Source of the DNA: Salisapilia sapeloensis CBS 127946 | Taxonomy: Eukaryota; Protista; Oomycota | Direction of reading: 5' to 3' | DNA: 64,000 nucleotides | NCBI GenBank assembly: GCA_023334545.1 | Contig: JAADVB010000031.1 | Coordinates: 44,529-108,528, forward strand | Shown: one piece after another, positions 11,860 through 24,000 of the stretch | Position numbering within the stretch: the first letter of the stretch is position 1 | Layout: every line of letters starts with the position of its first letter | Position numbers and translations under genes: made by a program | The notes under the pieces: model-generated | What the model was told of the DNA's origin: nothing | The model's database searches: none | Seen by the model: only the letters and a program-made list of their open reading frames with translations

Positions 11860-12360
11860 CCTTGATCTTTGTGAAATCAAGAGGAAAGGATCGTCGAGAA
11901 GACTTCCAGTCACGTCGGATGCTCGAAGTGTGCAAATTCGAGAAAGCGCGCGAAAGACTGAGCTCTTCGCTTTACTTGCGCTAGTTAGCTCTTCGCTATT
12001 ATTTCGGAACAGGCGTAGCACAGTGGTGGACGAAATAATTGGATGGCATTTGTGACTCGCACTGTAACCGTCCCAGTGAAATGACGAAGAGCTCAATGTT
12101 GCAAGTAAATCGAATGACACTTCAACCTGAAGGACTTCGATGATCAACCACGATGAGCTCGATACTAGCCTCACTAAAGCATGGCAGAGGAGCGGACGAT
12201 ACATGTGCATAGGCTTAGAAAGATAAATAGCAGCGTAAGAATAACGCGAAACGCCAAAGACTTAAGCATTGACTCTTACTATAGTTTGTACATCTTTGTT
12301 CACATGATGCCTAATATTACTAGCTTAACACTTGATTGTCTGCTTAACGAACACGGCCTA
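11860..12360 (+). repeat. Dispersed ~500-bp element, copy A (hairpin 11966-12114 plus small ORF 12181-12402)
   Basis: Colinear similarity to 38100-38596 and to the reverse complement of 42171-42633 (gaagacttc.agtcacg, gctcgaa.tgtgcaaatt, cgcgaaagact, gagctcttcgc, acttcaacctgaa, gcattga.tc, aacg.acacg.cct). Confidence 0.9.
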
Positions 12361-12895
12361 CGTGTCGGTTTAAACTGTCACCAACTTCTCCAATTCTATT
12401 AGTGAGGCTGCCAAGTCGACAAACGATGATGCATCGACTAGACTGGAAATCTACGCGAGTACAACTTCAAATGGCAAGATGACATCGTAGCGATAGCATT
12501 GCTCTGCACTGCAATTCATCTTGTGACCTCATGTAAATGTACACTGCCTCAAGTTCGATGCAGCATGATTGGTTCTGCACAGTAAACTATCATCCAATTT
12601 CTGCGATCAAGTTCATACATCACGTTATCCCCACCAAGTTTCATGAATTGCCATCGCTCGTTGTACTCGCACTAGTCAAGGTCTAAAAGTAAACCAGTAG
12701 ACCAGCATATCTTCCAATATTTCCTACACTATACACTAGAGGTCGATCGACCACCAACGGAAGCCCCCATCTCCGTTTCCATCCAGTCACGATCAACTCA
12801 GACGTAATCGACCATCACTCATCCCCACTCCCATACAAAGTCTAGTATACACGCTTCCGACTAGGTCTATCGGCCGCCACGAGCACCAAGTCTGA

Positions 12896-14025
12896 ATGGA
12901 GCAAGTGAATTCGAATGCACCAAAGAAACGAGTGCATACGCCGTTCGAATGGGCTCTAGGTATCTTCTACATCGTCTGCGTGGCACTCATCTGGACGTTC
13001 GCCAGCGTACTTGTGCAGTACATTTTCCAAGAGATGGAACTCGATGCGTACAACTCGTTTATTATTATGCCATGTCGAGGTAGTGACCGTATCTTTATGA
13101 TAGACCCTTCTTCCTCACGTATGTCTGTGCCTCGCTATTTGCCGTCAATCTACCGATATGGTGGATCGGGCGAGTAGTGTACCCTCGAGTAGCTCGCTAC
13201 TTGGGCTTAACTAGCCGCATGCTGTATGAACCGCTAGCCGAGCCAGCAGTCGATCGAAAGTATTATACGCGAGTCCTTCGGGTCAGTGCAATCGTCGCGC
13301 CGATCTGGTTCCTCGCGAGTTACGCGTACAATGAAAGTCTGAACGAAACGAGCATCACAAGCAGTACGCTCATCTCATCGACGTCGACGATTTTCACCTT
13401 TTTACTCAGTCTACTCGTACTCGGCGAGCGGTTCTTTATGGTGAAACTAGTTGGCGTACTACTCTGTGTCGCTGGGTGCATGACAACGATATTCAATGAA
13501 GACAAGAGCCACGGACCGGTGTTAAAAGACCATGTCGGAGGCGACGTGCTTGCTCTGCTATCCGCCGTCTTGTATGGTGTCTACACTGTGGTCATCCGGC
13601 GTTTGATTCCGGACGACGACAGCATCAGCGTCGCGCTTTTCTTTGGTTTCCTAGGAGCTCTCCACTTTATCTTCCTCCTACCGCTCGTCATCGCTAACCA
13701 CTACTCTGGCTTTGAACCGCTCGATCGGCTCACATGGCAACACATTGGCCTGATCTGCGTCAAAGGTCTGTTTGACAATGTCCTGTCTGACTACCTTTGG
13801 GCCAAGGCGATTTTGCTGACGTCGCCGACCGTGGCCACCGTCGGTCTCTCCTTGACCGTTCCGCTGGCTATCGTCGCCGACCTCATTTTCCGTCACGTCG
13901 GGCCGACGATCGTGACGTGGCTCGCCTCATTCCTCGTTGTCGCTGGCTTCTTACTCATCAACGTGAGCACGCGCCGACATGAGGCCGAGGACGCGGATCC
14001 GAGCAAGTCATTGGTCATTTCCTAG
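12896..14025 (+). CDS. DMT/EamA-superfamily transporter, SLC35F5/THI74-like; one intron ~13049-13102
   Basis: Spliced WTFASVLVQYIF...PFFLTY, PIWFLASYAYNESL...TSITSSTLISSTSTIFT, GDVLALLSAVLYGVYTVVIRR, DNVLSDYLWAKAILLTSPTVATVGLSLTVPLAIVAD. About 10 hydrophobic segments. Confidence 0.88.
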
Positions 14026-14143
14026 TTTTTTGGATTTGTCGTGGCTAGTTTGGGAAACCATGTTGAAGTGTCAGGTAGAACAAATAGGCGACAAGAAATT
14101 CCTGAAACGAACTTGATTATTCCTCGTGCTTGTCACACGATTC

Positions 14144-14150
14144 TCATTTC
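14144..14150 (+). promoter_or_regulatory. Possible oomycete Inr-like core promoter element (TCATTTC) upstream of the F-box gene
   Basis: Matches YCAYTYY about 25 bp before ATG 14175 and is followed by a T-rich tract. The motif is short, so it could be chance. Confidence 0.3.
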
Positions 14151-14174
14151 ATCTTTTTCTTCTATTCGTCTACG

Positions 14175-15376
14175 ATGACAGCAAAAATGTCGACCTCTAT
14201 GTTTTCACAAGACATGGACATTGCTCAGCAAGATGCATATGCTATGGCAACCGTCGCCATGGTTGCAGGCGCGATGCTCGCTTTTAAACGGACGTCGATG
14301 AATGTTCAAGCACCGGAAGTATCCCTTGTAGCATCTCGGTCCAAGATGACCATGTTGCCAACGGATATGTTACAGCACGTCCTGTCCTTCGTCGGACATT
14401 CTGATCTACACGCAGTGGAGCAAGTGTCCGTCGCGTCCTTCCGACTCGTAAATGAAAATCGTAAGCTGCTTTCTTGTAGACTCAATGTACCTATATGAAC
14501 CCTCAATTTCTTAGCTTTCGTATGGAGACAACATGCTCTCCGGTCTCTCGTCTCTTCCGCTTCTACTCGACATCTTATGTCATTCAAGCAGCAGGCATGT
14601 CTCGCCCATCGAAGGGAGCAAGACTCGGACCTCCTGACTTCCATACAAGGTAAACTCGTCCTGCATCTGATTCCTACGTTTCCTAGTCTTACAATCTATT
14701 TATAGGATTCTCGTCAGAAGATCGACCGACAGAGAGCGTCCATAACACATTACGCCAGTCGAAATGCTGGCGAGAGTTTCAGAATCTAGCGATTAGCACC
14801 CCATCGCGCAATCCACAGCAGTCGCTATGGAAACAAGTTACGTGCGAACGCATCCAGCGTGTCTGTGGCTGCATGCACGGTCGAGCTTGTTACTGGAGTA
14901 GCTCCCCTTCGTCTCTCCCGGATGCGTCGGATTACATCGACTATGGCTTCGACGCGACTTGTATCGTCAGTCGCGTTCAGCTATCGCCTTACCAAGTGTA
15001 CTGGCATCCGAATAACCCGACGTACGGCCCGCAGAGCATCTCGATCGAGTTCCGAACCAAAGACGGCAGTGTCTTGTACCACTCCCGTCGCTACAGCGTC
15101 GACAATCGGATGACTCTACAGGAGTTTGCGCTCGGATCTAAAGTTCTCGTGACGACCGACACTGTCATGCGGGTGAACCTCATCGGTCGACAGCAGGAGC
15201 AGACGTACCATAACGCTAGTCTCCAAGGCTATCCCTCGGCCGAGGCACCAGAGTACTATTGCTGCATCAGCTATGTGGGTGCTGTTGGTATCCGATGTGA
15301 TAACCAGAGCATGGAGAAACGTCGTGACCAGGTGCGAAAGACACTGCTGGACTGGTGGACGTCGCGGAACGTGTAA
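14175..15376 (+). CDS. F-box protein of the plant At4g00755-like type; two introns (~14462-14514, ~14651-14706)
   Basis: F-box-like MLPTDMLQHVLSFVGHSDLHAVEQVS. Spliced C-terminal domain SSEDRPTESVHNTL...YWSSSPS...QLSPYQVYWHPNNPTYGPQSISIEF...LIGRQQEQ...YYCCISYVGAVG, recalled as matching the family pattern. Confidence 0.72.
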
Positions 15377-15410
15377 AGAGTATCTTAACGATATAGATTT
15401 ATTCTGTCTT

Positions 15411-16037
15411 CTAGAGCTTTTCGATTTCCACACGTAATCCACAGACACATTTTTTATACCATTGTAACGTCTGAGGGTTTTGCTCTTCCTCGAATGTATG
15501 TTGATGGTCTGTAGTAGAGATCGGAGTGTAGTCTTTGTGTGCGTTCTGTTCGAGCTTGGGATCTAGTCGACGAACCTTTTTCTTCGGAGCAATGTCAGAA
15601 GCATGTCGGAGATAGCCTTTGGTTTTGATAGCTGCTTTCGAGTAAGATTCTTTCCGTCGACGACGTACCTCTGCTTCGAGACCATTTTTGTCTTTATATC
15701 GGCGATAGGCTTCTTCTAAAAGAGTCTTTTTCAAGTAGAGTTTGACTGGTGCAAAGCTTTCGTGACGAGGGTTTGGACGTGTAGCGTATGGTAGGGACCG
15801 AGACGGATCGAAGAAGCTTTCTGGAAGAGCAAACTCGATCTTGGCTCGGCCTTTGGCGACGAGCTCATAGCGTCCGTCAAGCATATTTAAGTCGTGTTTG
15901 CAATGAGAGCATACTTGGATGTGGAAAGTGTCTTGTAGAGTACGATCCAAGTATCTATCAGGAAGTTCACACTCGCTGCATTCGCCACGAGGTAGTTCAG
16001 CCTTTTGCATGCTCGTGTCGTCCGGATTGCTGGTCAT
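15411..16037 (-). CDS. XPA: XPA/Rad14 nucleotide-excision-repair protein
   Basis: C4 zinc finger CSEC...VCSHCK, central PYATRPNPRHESFAPVKLYLK, C-terminal HQHTF...KKCVCGLRVEIEKL. Start is taken at MTSNPDD. Confidence 0.9.
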   Translation of the reverse strand: MTSNPDDTSMQKAELPRGECSECELPDRYLDRTLQDTFHIQVCSHCKHDLNMLDGRYELVAKGRAKIEFALPESFFDPSRSLPYATRPNPRHESFAPVKLYLKKTLLEEAYRRYKDKNGLEAEVRRRRKESYSKAAIKTKGYLRHASDIAPKKKVRRLDPKLEQNAHKDYTPISTTDHQHTFEEEQNPQTLQWYKKCVCGLRVEIEKL

Positions 16038-16684
16038 GATGTACAGAATTTCTTTTCTTTGATGAGGTAGTGGGGCTTTATTGGTTGAAAAGATAGATAA
16101 TAGCGAATCAGTGGAGAGAGATTGGCGGGAAATGGAAGCAGCTCCTGGTACCACCAAGAGCTCTTTCTGCTTGAACTCTTCAAGCAGAGATTATAGGCCT
16201 GTAAAAGGGGGTTGGAATGGACATTGGTATTAGGATGATTCTTAATTGGTGGGGATGAACAGTGGTTGGTCGTATCGATCGCCATGATGTACTCGAAAGT
16301 ACATTCTTAGGTCAAGATGGTAGAAAACACTTTAAAGTTGATATAGGGTGCCGAAAAGAGTCCTTAGAGCTTTGATCTATTGCTAGTGTATTGGTGTCGA
16401 AGAATGACTTGACTCAGTTTCTTGAGGCAGTCCTTCGAAAGAATATTCCGAATGAAATACCTATCAATATAAAGTCACTTCTGTGTACACGGCTGAGTCA
16501 TCCAGCGAAGACAAGACACGTGGATATGTCGTGGAAGCCACCTTGTTTTCACAACTTGCCCAAGCTTCCTGTCCTCGTGTCGTTCGTGCAACCTCCACCG
16601 AGCCACATTTCTAACAGCCCAAAGCTAGATAACTGTGATATTTGTTGTTCGTAACACCACCATATTCAGCTCCTTTAACTCGCC

Positions 16685-17768
<1,084 letters not shown>

Positions 17769-18095
17769 CTGCGAAAACGAATACAAAGAGTGTTTTCTTT
17801 TCTTTGTTGGCAGTTTGGATAGTAGGTTGCACGAAGGTATGGATACAATCGCACTTGATTGAAATCGAGGAGCTACGGATGTGATTTGGGAACCGAGCGT
17901 CTTGGGCGAAGGCGGTGCATACTCTCCGTCGCGCTTCTCGTCCTTTACTAGTTTAGTCGTCCGCGTTACAGACGAAAAGGTTGAGGGGAGACTCGCGTTT
18001 TCTGATTGCAATTTGTGGCATTCATACTAGTGTCCAAGACATTTTTCATCGGCGAAAAGGGAGAGCAGCTCCCATCCTTATAAGTGTGGTAACTC

Positions 18096-21000
18096 ATGTC
18101 TTCTGAGCAAGACAAGACCGTATCTACTTTTCTACAAGACTTACGTACGTATATCTTCTTATTCCTCTTGTATGGTCAAATCTGACTTTGATATGTAGTT
18201 GGTGGAAAGGAGTATGTCGAGGCAGATGCGAGTAAGCTGCACATCTCCCACCCGTCGACTCTCCAGTCGCTCTTCACCTCTATCATCGGCGTACTGGATG
18301 AAGCTCACCAGGTATACTCGTCTCTATATCGTCCTGTCAATCAAAAATTAATCGCATACGTTTGTATTAAAGATCTCGACACTCGAGGCGTTAATCAGTC
18401 TCGTTCGGAGTAATTGTACCAACGTCGAGGCCTGTGCAAGCGTCGGTCTGCCACAAGACGTGTTATCTTTTCTAAGTGAGCGAGGGCTCTTTGTCGATCC
18501 GTCCTTCACCATTCGTGTGCTCAAGAAAATCTATCGTTTGTTCCTTTACTTGTCCAGCTACTCGGTCACGAGTCAGGACATCCAGTCGATGCTATCTGTC
18601 TTCCAAAGCTCTCGTATGCAGAAAGAAGCACCAGACGATGCAGCCGTCAGCTACTTTCTAGCGACCATGGAGATGATCGCTCGTGACTCGTTCGGCCCGC
18701 CGTCCTACTTTGACTTGAGTGGCGAGTACTCTGGTTTGAACATGGAGGCATTAGATGCCTTCCCGACAAATGGATACACGTTCTGTGCCTGGATCAAGTT
18801 CGAATGTCTTCCGGACGTCCCGGCGCCGCTTTACACTTTCTGTGGCAAGTCAGACGTCGGTGTCTCTTGCTCCTTCACTCGTTCCTCTTTGCTCCTCTCA
18901 ACGTTCGATAAGAAAAAGAACGACGGACATGTCGAAGTTCCAGACTTGTTGACACCTGGGAGGTGGCACTTTGTCTGCATCGCACATACGCACCGGCAGT
19001 TCCGTGGCTCCAAGGTCGACGTCTTTTTGAACGGAGAGCTGCGACATAGTAGTAAGCTCGTGTACCCGAACGCAGCGCTCATGTCTCCCGTGGAAAAGTC
19101 GTTAATCGGGATGCGAGACAGCAAGGGCAGTAACTCGTTACGCGTCCTCCTCGGTCCCACAGCGCTCTTCGGCCAAGCACTGTCAGCGACAACCATCTCT
19201 GGCATCCGCAGTGCTGAAGAGTACGACGCGCTTGTCTTCCAATTCAATTCGTACATTTCATCCTCTTCGACGTCCGGCGGTACGACATCCACCGCTGCTT
19301 CGAACACTGCGGCAAGTTCTCCGAACGCAAATGACGGGCTGCTCTTTGCCTTTGACGCCCGCAACTGCGACAAGTCGAAGGGCGTCTGCTACGATTCGAG
19401 CGGGAACGACCATCACGCATCGGCTATCAGCGCTGGCGTGCGACTGCGTCACGCAGGTACGTTCAAGCAGGCTGTGGCAGAGCTAGGCGGTCCCTTAGTC
19501 TGTCTCCCGTTGCTTGTGAGCGTGACGCAGCCCAAGGGACACACGGAGACTGTGGAGGATGCTCGTCGGTCTCTCGTGGAGGCTCCATCTGTAGATAAAG
19601 TGTCGACACAGTTCGATGAGGACGCTGCGTTCCTCGTGCAGATGGGCGACTTGCTATCGAGTCCACTAGGTCCTCGAACGATCCCGAAGGTCGTGCTCTT
19701 GATCGCTGAGATCATGCGCCATTCGCTCGTGAATAAATTCATCTTCCGTCGCAACGGAGGTGTGCGTCTCATGGCGCTCTTAATCCGATCTTTACCAGCA
19801 GCGTACTTGACGCATGACCTCTTAACATCCGTCGAACGTCTTCGTAGCGCAGTCTCCTCCGATCGTATCCTTACGGATGAAGTGTACAAGTTCCTCTTGT
19901 TCAACTTTCGCATCTGGGTGAATGCTCCACTAGACGTCCAAGACCTCGTGTTCGACAAGTTCGAGATCTCGAAACGTGAAGGTGCGACTACGACATCAAC
20001 AGCATCTACTCGCCACTTTCTCCGTTGTCTCTCATGGATCTACTGGAAAGATAGCGATGATATGTCGCTCCGTCGGTCGCGAGACTTTAGCCTAGACGAG
20101 ATCAATCACTTGCGTACGAGAGTGTTGAATATCCTCGAGATCGTCTTGTGTGAAGCGCCGTCCGTGAAACCTGTGGCTGGTCGCGGAGGTAAGCTCCGGG
20201 AGCCTAAGAAGCAGCTTTCCTACGACAACATCCGTACACTCATCTTTAGTATGATCGGGAAACCGACGAACGTGAATGCCTTTGCGTCGCAACAGGAAGG
20301 AGATGGCGGACAAGAGGAAGGAGAGCTCAAGATTGCTGGAGGGTACACTTCGTCTCCGCCGAAGATCACGAATCCGGATGATGATAGCGAAGCGAGTTTG
20401 ATCGTCGAAAACGTCCCGGAGCATGACCTCCCGGATCTACTGCAGCTCCTGATCGAACTGTCCGTCCAGCCGACTGCTCCGTCAGGTCTACTGTCGCTGT
20501 TCACGCGTCTTGGCGGTCTGCGCATCTGGCTACCGCTTCTGGACTTTGCGAGTGACGCCACGAGAGTCATGGCACTCCGTCTTCTACGCACATACCTCTA
20601 TTTCAAATGCTCTTGTTCTCGTGATAAGGATAAAGCCACGAGTACGGACAAGGTGCACTTGTCTCGCATCGATGCTCGGCTTATTATGCACGCTTTAAAC
20701 TTTGAATATCATCCGTTAACGATGGGTGTGTATGGTGAACTACTACTCATCCTCCTTGGTGTGCAGGTGACGCCGGATGACATGAAGGTTCTAAGTGGTA
20801 AGACGCAAGCGCATGACTTTTTAATCGACGACGAACTCCTTTCGAACGCCATGATATGGCATAGTAACCTCGTCTACCCGCTCTTGGAGATTCTACGTGC
20901 GTGTCCGACTGCCATTCGGATGCTCGCCGTTCGACACATGAAGATCCTCTTTGGATCCACGACGGCCGCGAGTGCTGTCAATCGACACATGCTCATCTTT

Positions 21001-24000
21001 AATGGCCACTACGTCCACGGCGGTCCCGCAGCGACGGCTATCGTGCCGCCTATCGACATGGTTCCTGTCGTCGAAGCGGTCATGAGCGTCAGTCGAGGAG
21101 AGACAGATCGTGCGGAGATGCAGGCGCAGTCACCTCCGTCTGTTCTCTTCGGCATTAAGCTTGAGACAATGGAAGCGGTGGGGGTGAATGAGCTACGACA
21201 AAAGGTGCTGGATGCTTCGGAGAGTGAAGACGACCGCGTGAACGCCGTGTATACTTTGCTGCAGCGAGAGGACGTAGCGTTCGTGAAGCAGTTGCTGCTA
21301 GTGCCGAGTGCAGAGGAGAAGCTGTCGAACGGATTGGCGTATGGCGACATGTCGAATCGTGTCAAGCTCGCGATCGTCGAGTTGCTCGCTCACATGGCAC
21401 CCAAGGAGGCGAGTGATAGTATCGCGGACGGTGCATGCGACGTTTTGTCTTCTGTCGTTTGTCTTGAAGCGAAAACGAATGACCTTGCGTGGTCGTTGCT
21501 CCAGGACGTCTTCCCGAACATGTCACGATGCTGCTCTTCGCAGGAAGAAGCAGAGCGTGCTGCGATTGGACTGTTACGTATGACACTTGATAAGCTGAGT
21601 GCCGTCCTCGCGACGGAGATGAATGGCGAGATTGGAGAAGAGACGCCTACGCGAGACTCGACGTTATGGCGGAATGCAGAGAGCGTTGCGACCTTGGCGT
21701 CTGCTGTCGTGCTCCACTACGATCCGGATGCGCTAGGTCAAGTAGATCCGAACGCGACGGCCAAGATGCCAGAGGAAGAAGCTGCCACCGCAGACGTCTT
21801 CTGGCGCTGCGAGCGTGTAATGCCACAGGAAGCAGACCTGGTAAACTCGATCCTATCGATCTGGCAGCACTTTGCGCCGCTCTTCCATGCAGATAACGAC
21901 GCCAGCTTTGCTCGTCGAACGAGTACAGCGGCGAAGAGTGCAGAGGAGACTGCTAGAGCTTCGAGTGGACGCAAGACGTTTGGTATTGGTATGCTCACAG
22001 GTACGTCCATCCCTGGCGGCGTGTACGGCACACCTGTATCATCTCGACCACATCCTGGTGGTGCCATGCGACAAGTGCTGCAGCTCTTGCTCCGTCACTT
22101 TTACCTTGCGCTCTTTGAAGACGTGGATCATAGCGCTGATGCGGACTTTAAAGCGTCTGAGACGACGCCTGATGCAGTCTTCTTCGCGCGTATCGAAAAG
22201 CTCGAGCACTTTATCGACGCCATGAGCCTCGGTCGTGAGCTGGCCAAGTTCGAGTCCTCCTTCACACCGCAGCGTCGGCGCAGTCTGTCGCAACCAGGCA
22301 CAGGCGGTCTCGTCACGACGTGCGACAGCATCCGCGCTGCTCCCGGAGACGAGACGTCGCTCTTATTATGGTTTATCCCGGAGCTAGCGCACTTGATCCA
22401 CCAAGTGCGCCGTCGGTCGTGGTCGGATGCCGCCGTGAAGCTCGCGAGTCTCCTCGCATCCTTCGTGACCGTCCCGCTACGATCATCCGGCGCACTGGCG
22501 TCGCTACTAGACAAGTCCGAGTTCAAGTCGAATAACGAAGACGTGCGACGTCGAGACTTGTTCTATCATGAGCAAGTAGCACACGCTAAAGACGGACGTC
22601 TCAAGAGTCGCGACGGACAGCTCCAAGAAGAGAAAGATGCCAAGGATCTCGCTCGCAACGAGATGGAACGTATACGTCGATCTGTTCGCCCGAATACTGT
22701 TCGCGTGCGTACGAATAAGAGTGGTGAGCCGCTGGAACAAGTGTGGTTGCAGCGAGTGAAAGCGAAAGACATTGATGACTGGACCAAGCTTCGAGTGTTG
22801 CTCAAGTGGAATATTCGACATGTCTGGGGATCCTCGAGTCCATTGCCGAGCGATAGTGCGCTGATCGAATTGTCTGGAGAGAATGAGTTCTGGCGTGTCG
22901 ATCCGTATACTTCGAGTAACTACGTCCGCTGTCGATTGCTCCCGGATACGAATGACGCTGTTGCAGAGTATGCCAAGTACGACGCGGCGTCAGATATGAA
23001 CCTCCCGTCGGGAGAAGATATTGTCGGTGCGTTGGCGACACCTGAGACGCAGGAGTCAAGTACTGAGACGCTTAAAGAGGACTCTGGTGACTCTTCAAAT
23101 GAGGAGACGGAGGAGAAGGAAGAGGAGGATCGACCTTCGCTACTAAACATGACGCAGGATCTACGTGGTAGTCAGTTGCAGACGCAGACTAGTAGTGGGG
23201 AGTTGATGGAAGGCACGAACCAAGAGTACGCTTCCATCTCTCTTCATGACGTTGGAGCACCAGTGGAGGAGGTCGAGACAGTAGAAAAGTCTGGTGTGTC
23301 GGAAGAAGCTTTGGAAGTGAAGACGACGGAGGCGGTCGCGGCGGAGAATGAAAACAAGTCGAGAGGTTCGATCACACGTATCGGCAGTCGTTTCTCGACT
23401 GGTCTCCAGCGTCTCGCGAGTGGATTGAGTCTCAAGTCTGGTGACGAAAGCGTTGCGGAGGTTACGGAAAGGATTCGATCAAATAGTCAGTCTGTTCCTG
23501 CCAGTCGCGACAGAGTGGAGAGTGAGGAAAATGCGGTTGAAAGCAGCTCACCCAAGAAGTTGAGTCGAGAGGATAGTGTGGAGGATGCGGTGGCACCCAA
23601 GAGGACGAGGTCTCTTACGGCCGACGCGAGTAAGAATGAGCAGTGGAAGAACCTCGGTGCGGCGTACAGGACCAAGACGTACCTAGTGCTACCGTCCGGT
23701 GTGATCGTATACGGCAGCCTCCGCATCGGATCCACCACGATCATTTTTGAAGGCGAACAGCTAAGTACGCTCAAGGACATCTCGGCGCGTAAGTCGGCAA
23801 GTGACTCGGCAGATATCGATCAAGCGTATGTGTCAGAGCTTCGACGTCGTATCTGGGGCGTTCGAGTCATTCGAGTCATGCAACGCCGTCGGTTCCTCTT
23901 GAACGTCCGCAACGGCATTGAGATCTACTTTGTCGATGGCAGTTCGTGCTTTTGGGGACTCGAGAGCGAAGGAGAGGCGGATCTAGTGTACGCCGTGTTG

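Noticed and set aside
12121-12145. Hammerhead ribozyme core in the element (CTGAAGGA/CTGAATGA)
   Set aside because: Does not match CUGANGA, and there is no properly placed GAAA or flanking stems.
11851-12210. Antisense ORF across the hairpin, also open in copy C
   Set aside because: Differences between A and C are mostly non-synonymous and copy B has a stop and frameshift. The similarity is explained by DNA-level conservation.
11860-12895. TPP riboswitch upstream of the THI74-like transporter (AACCTGA in the element)
   Set aside because: Lacks the upstream GGG..CUGAGA and downstream GAUAAUGC/GCGUAGGGA motifs. The same sequence also occurs in copies next to unrelated genes.
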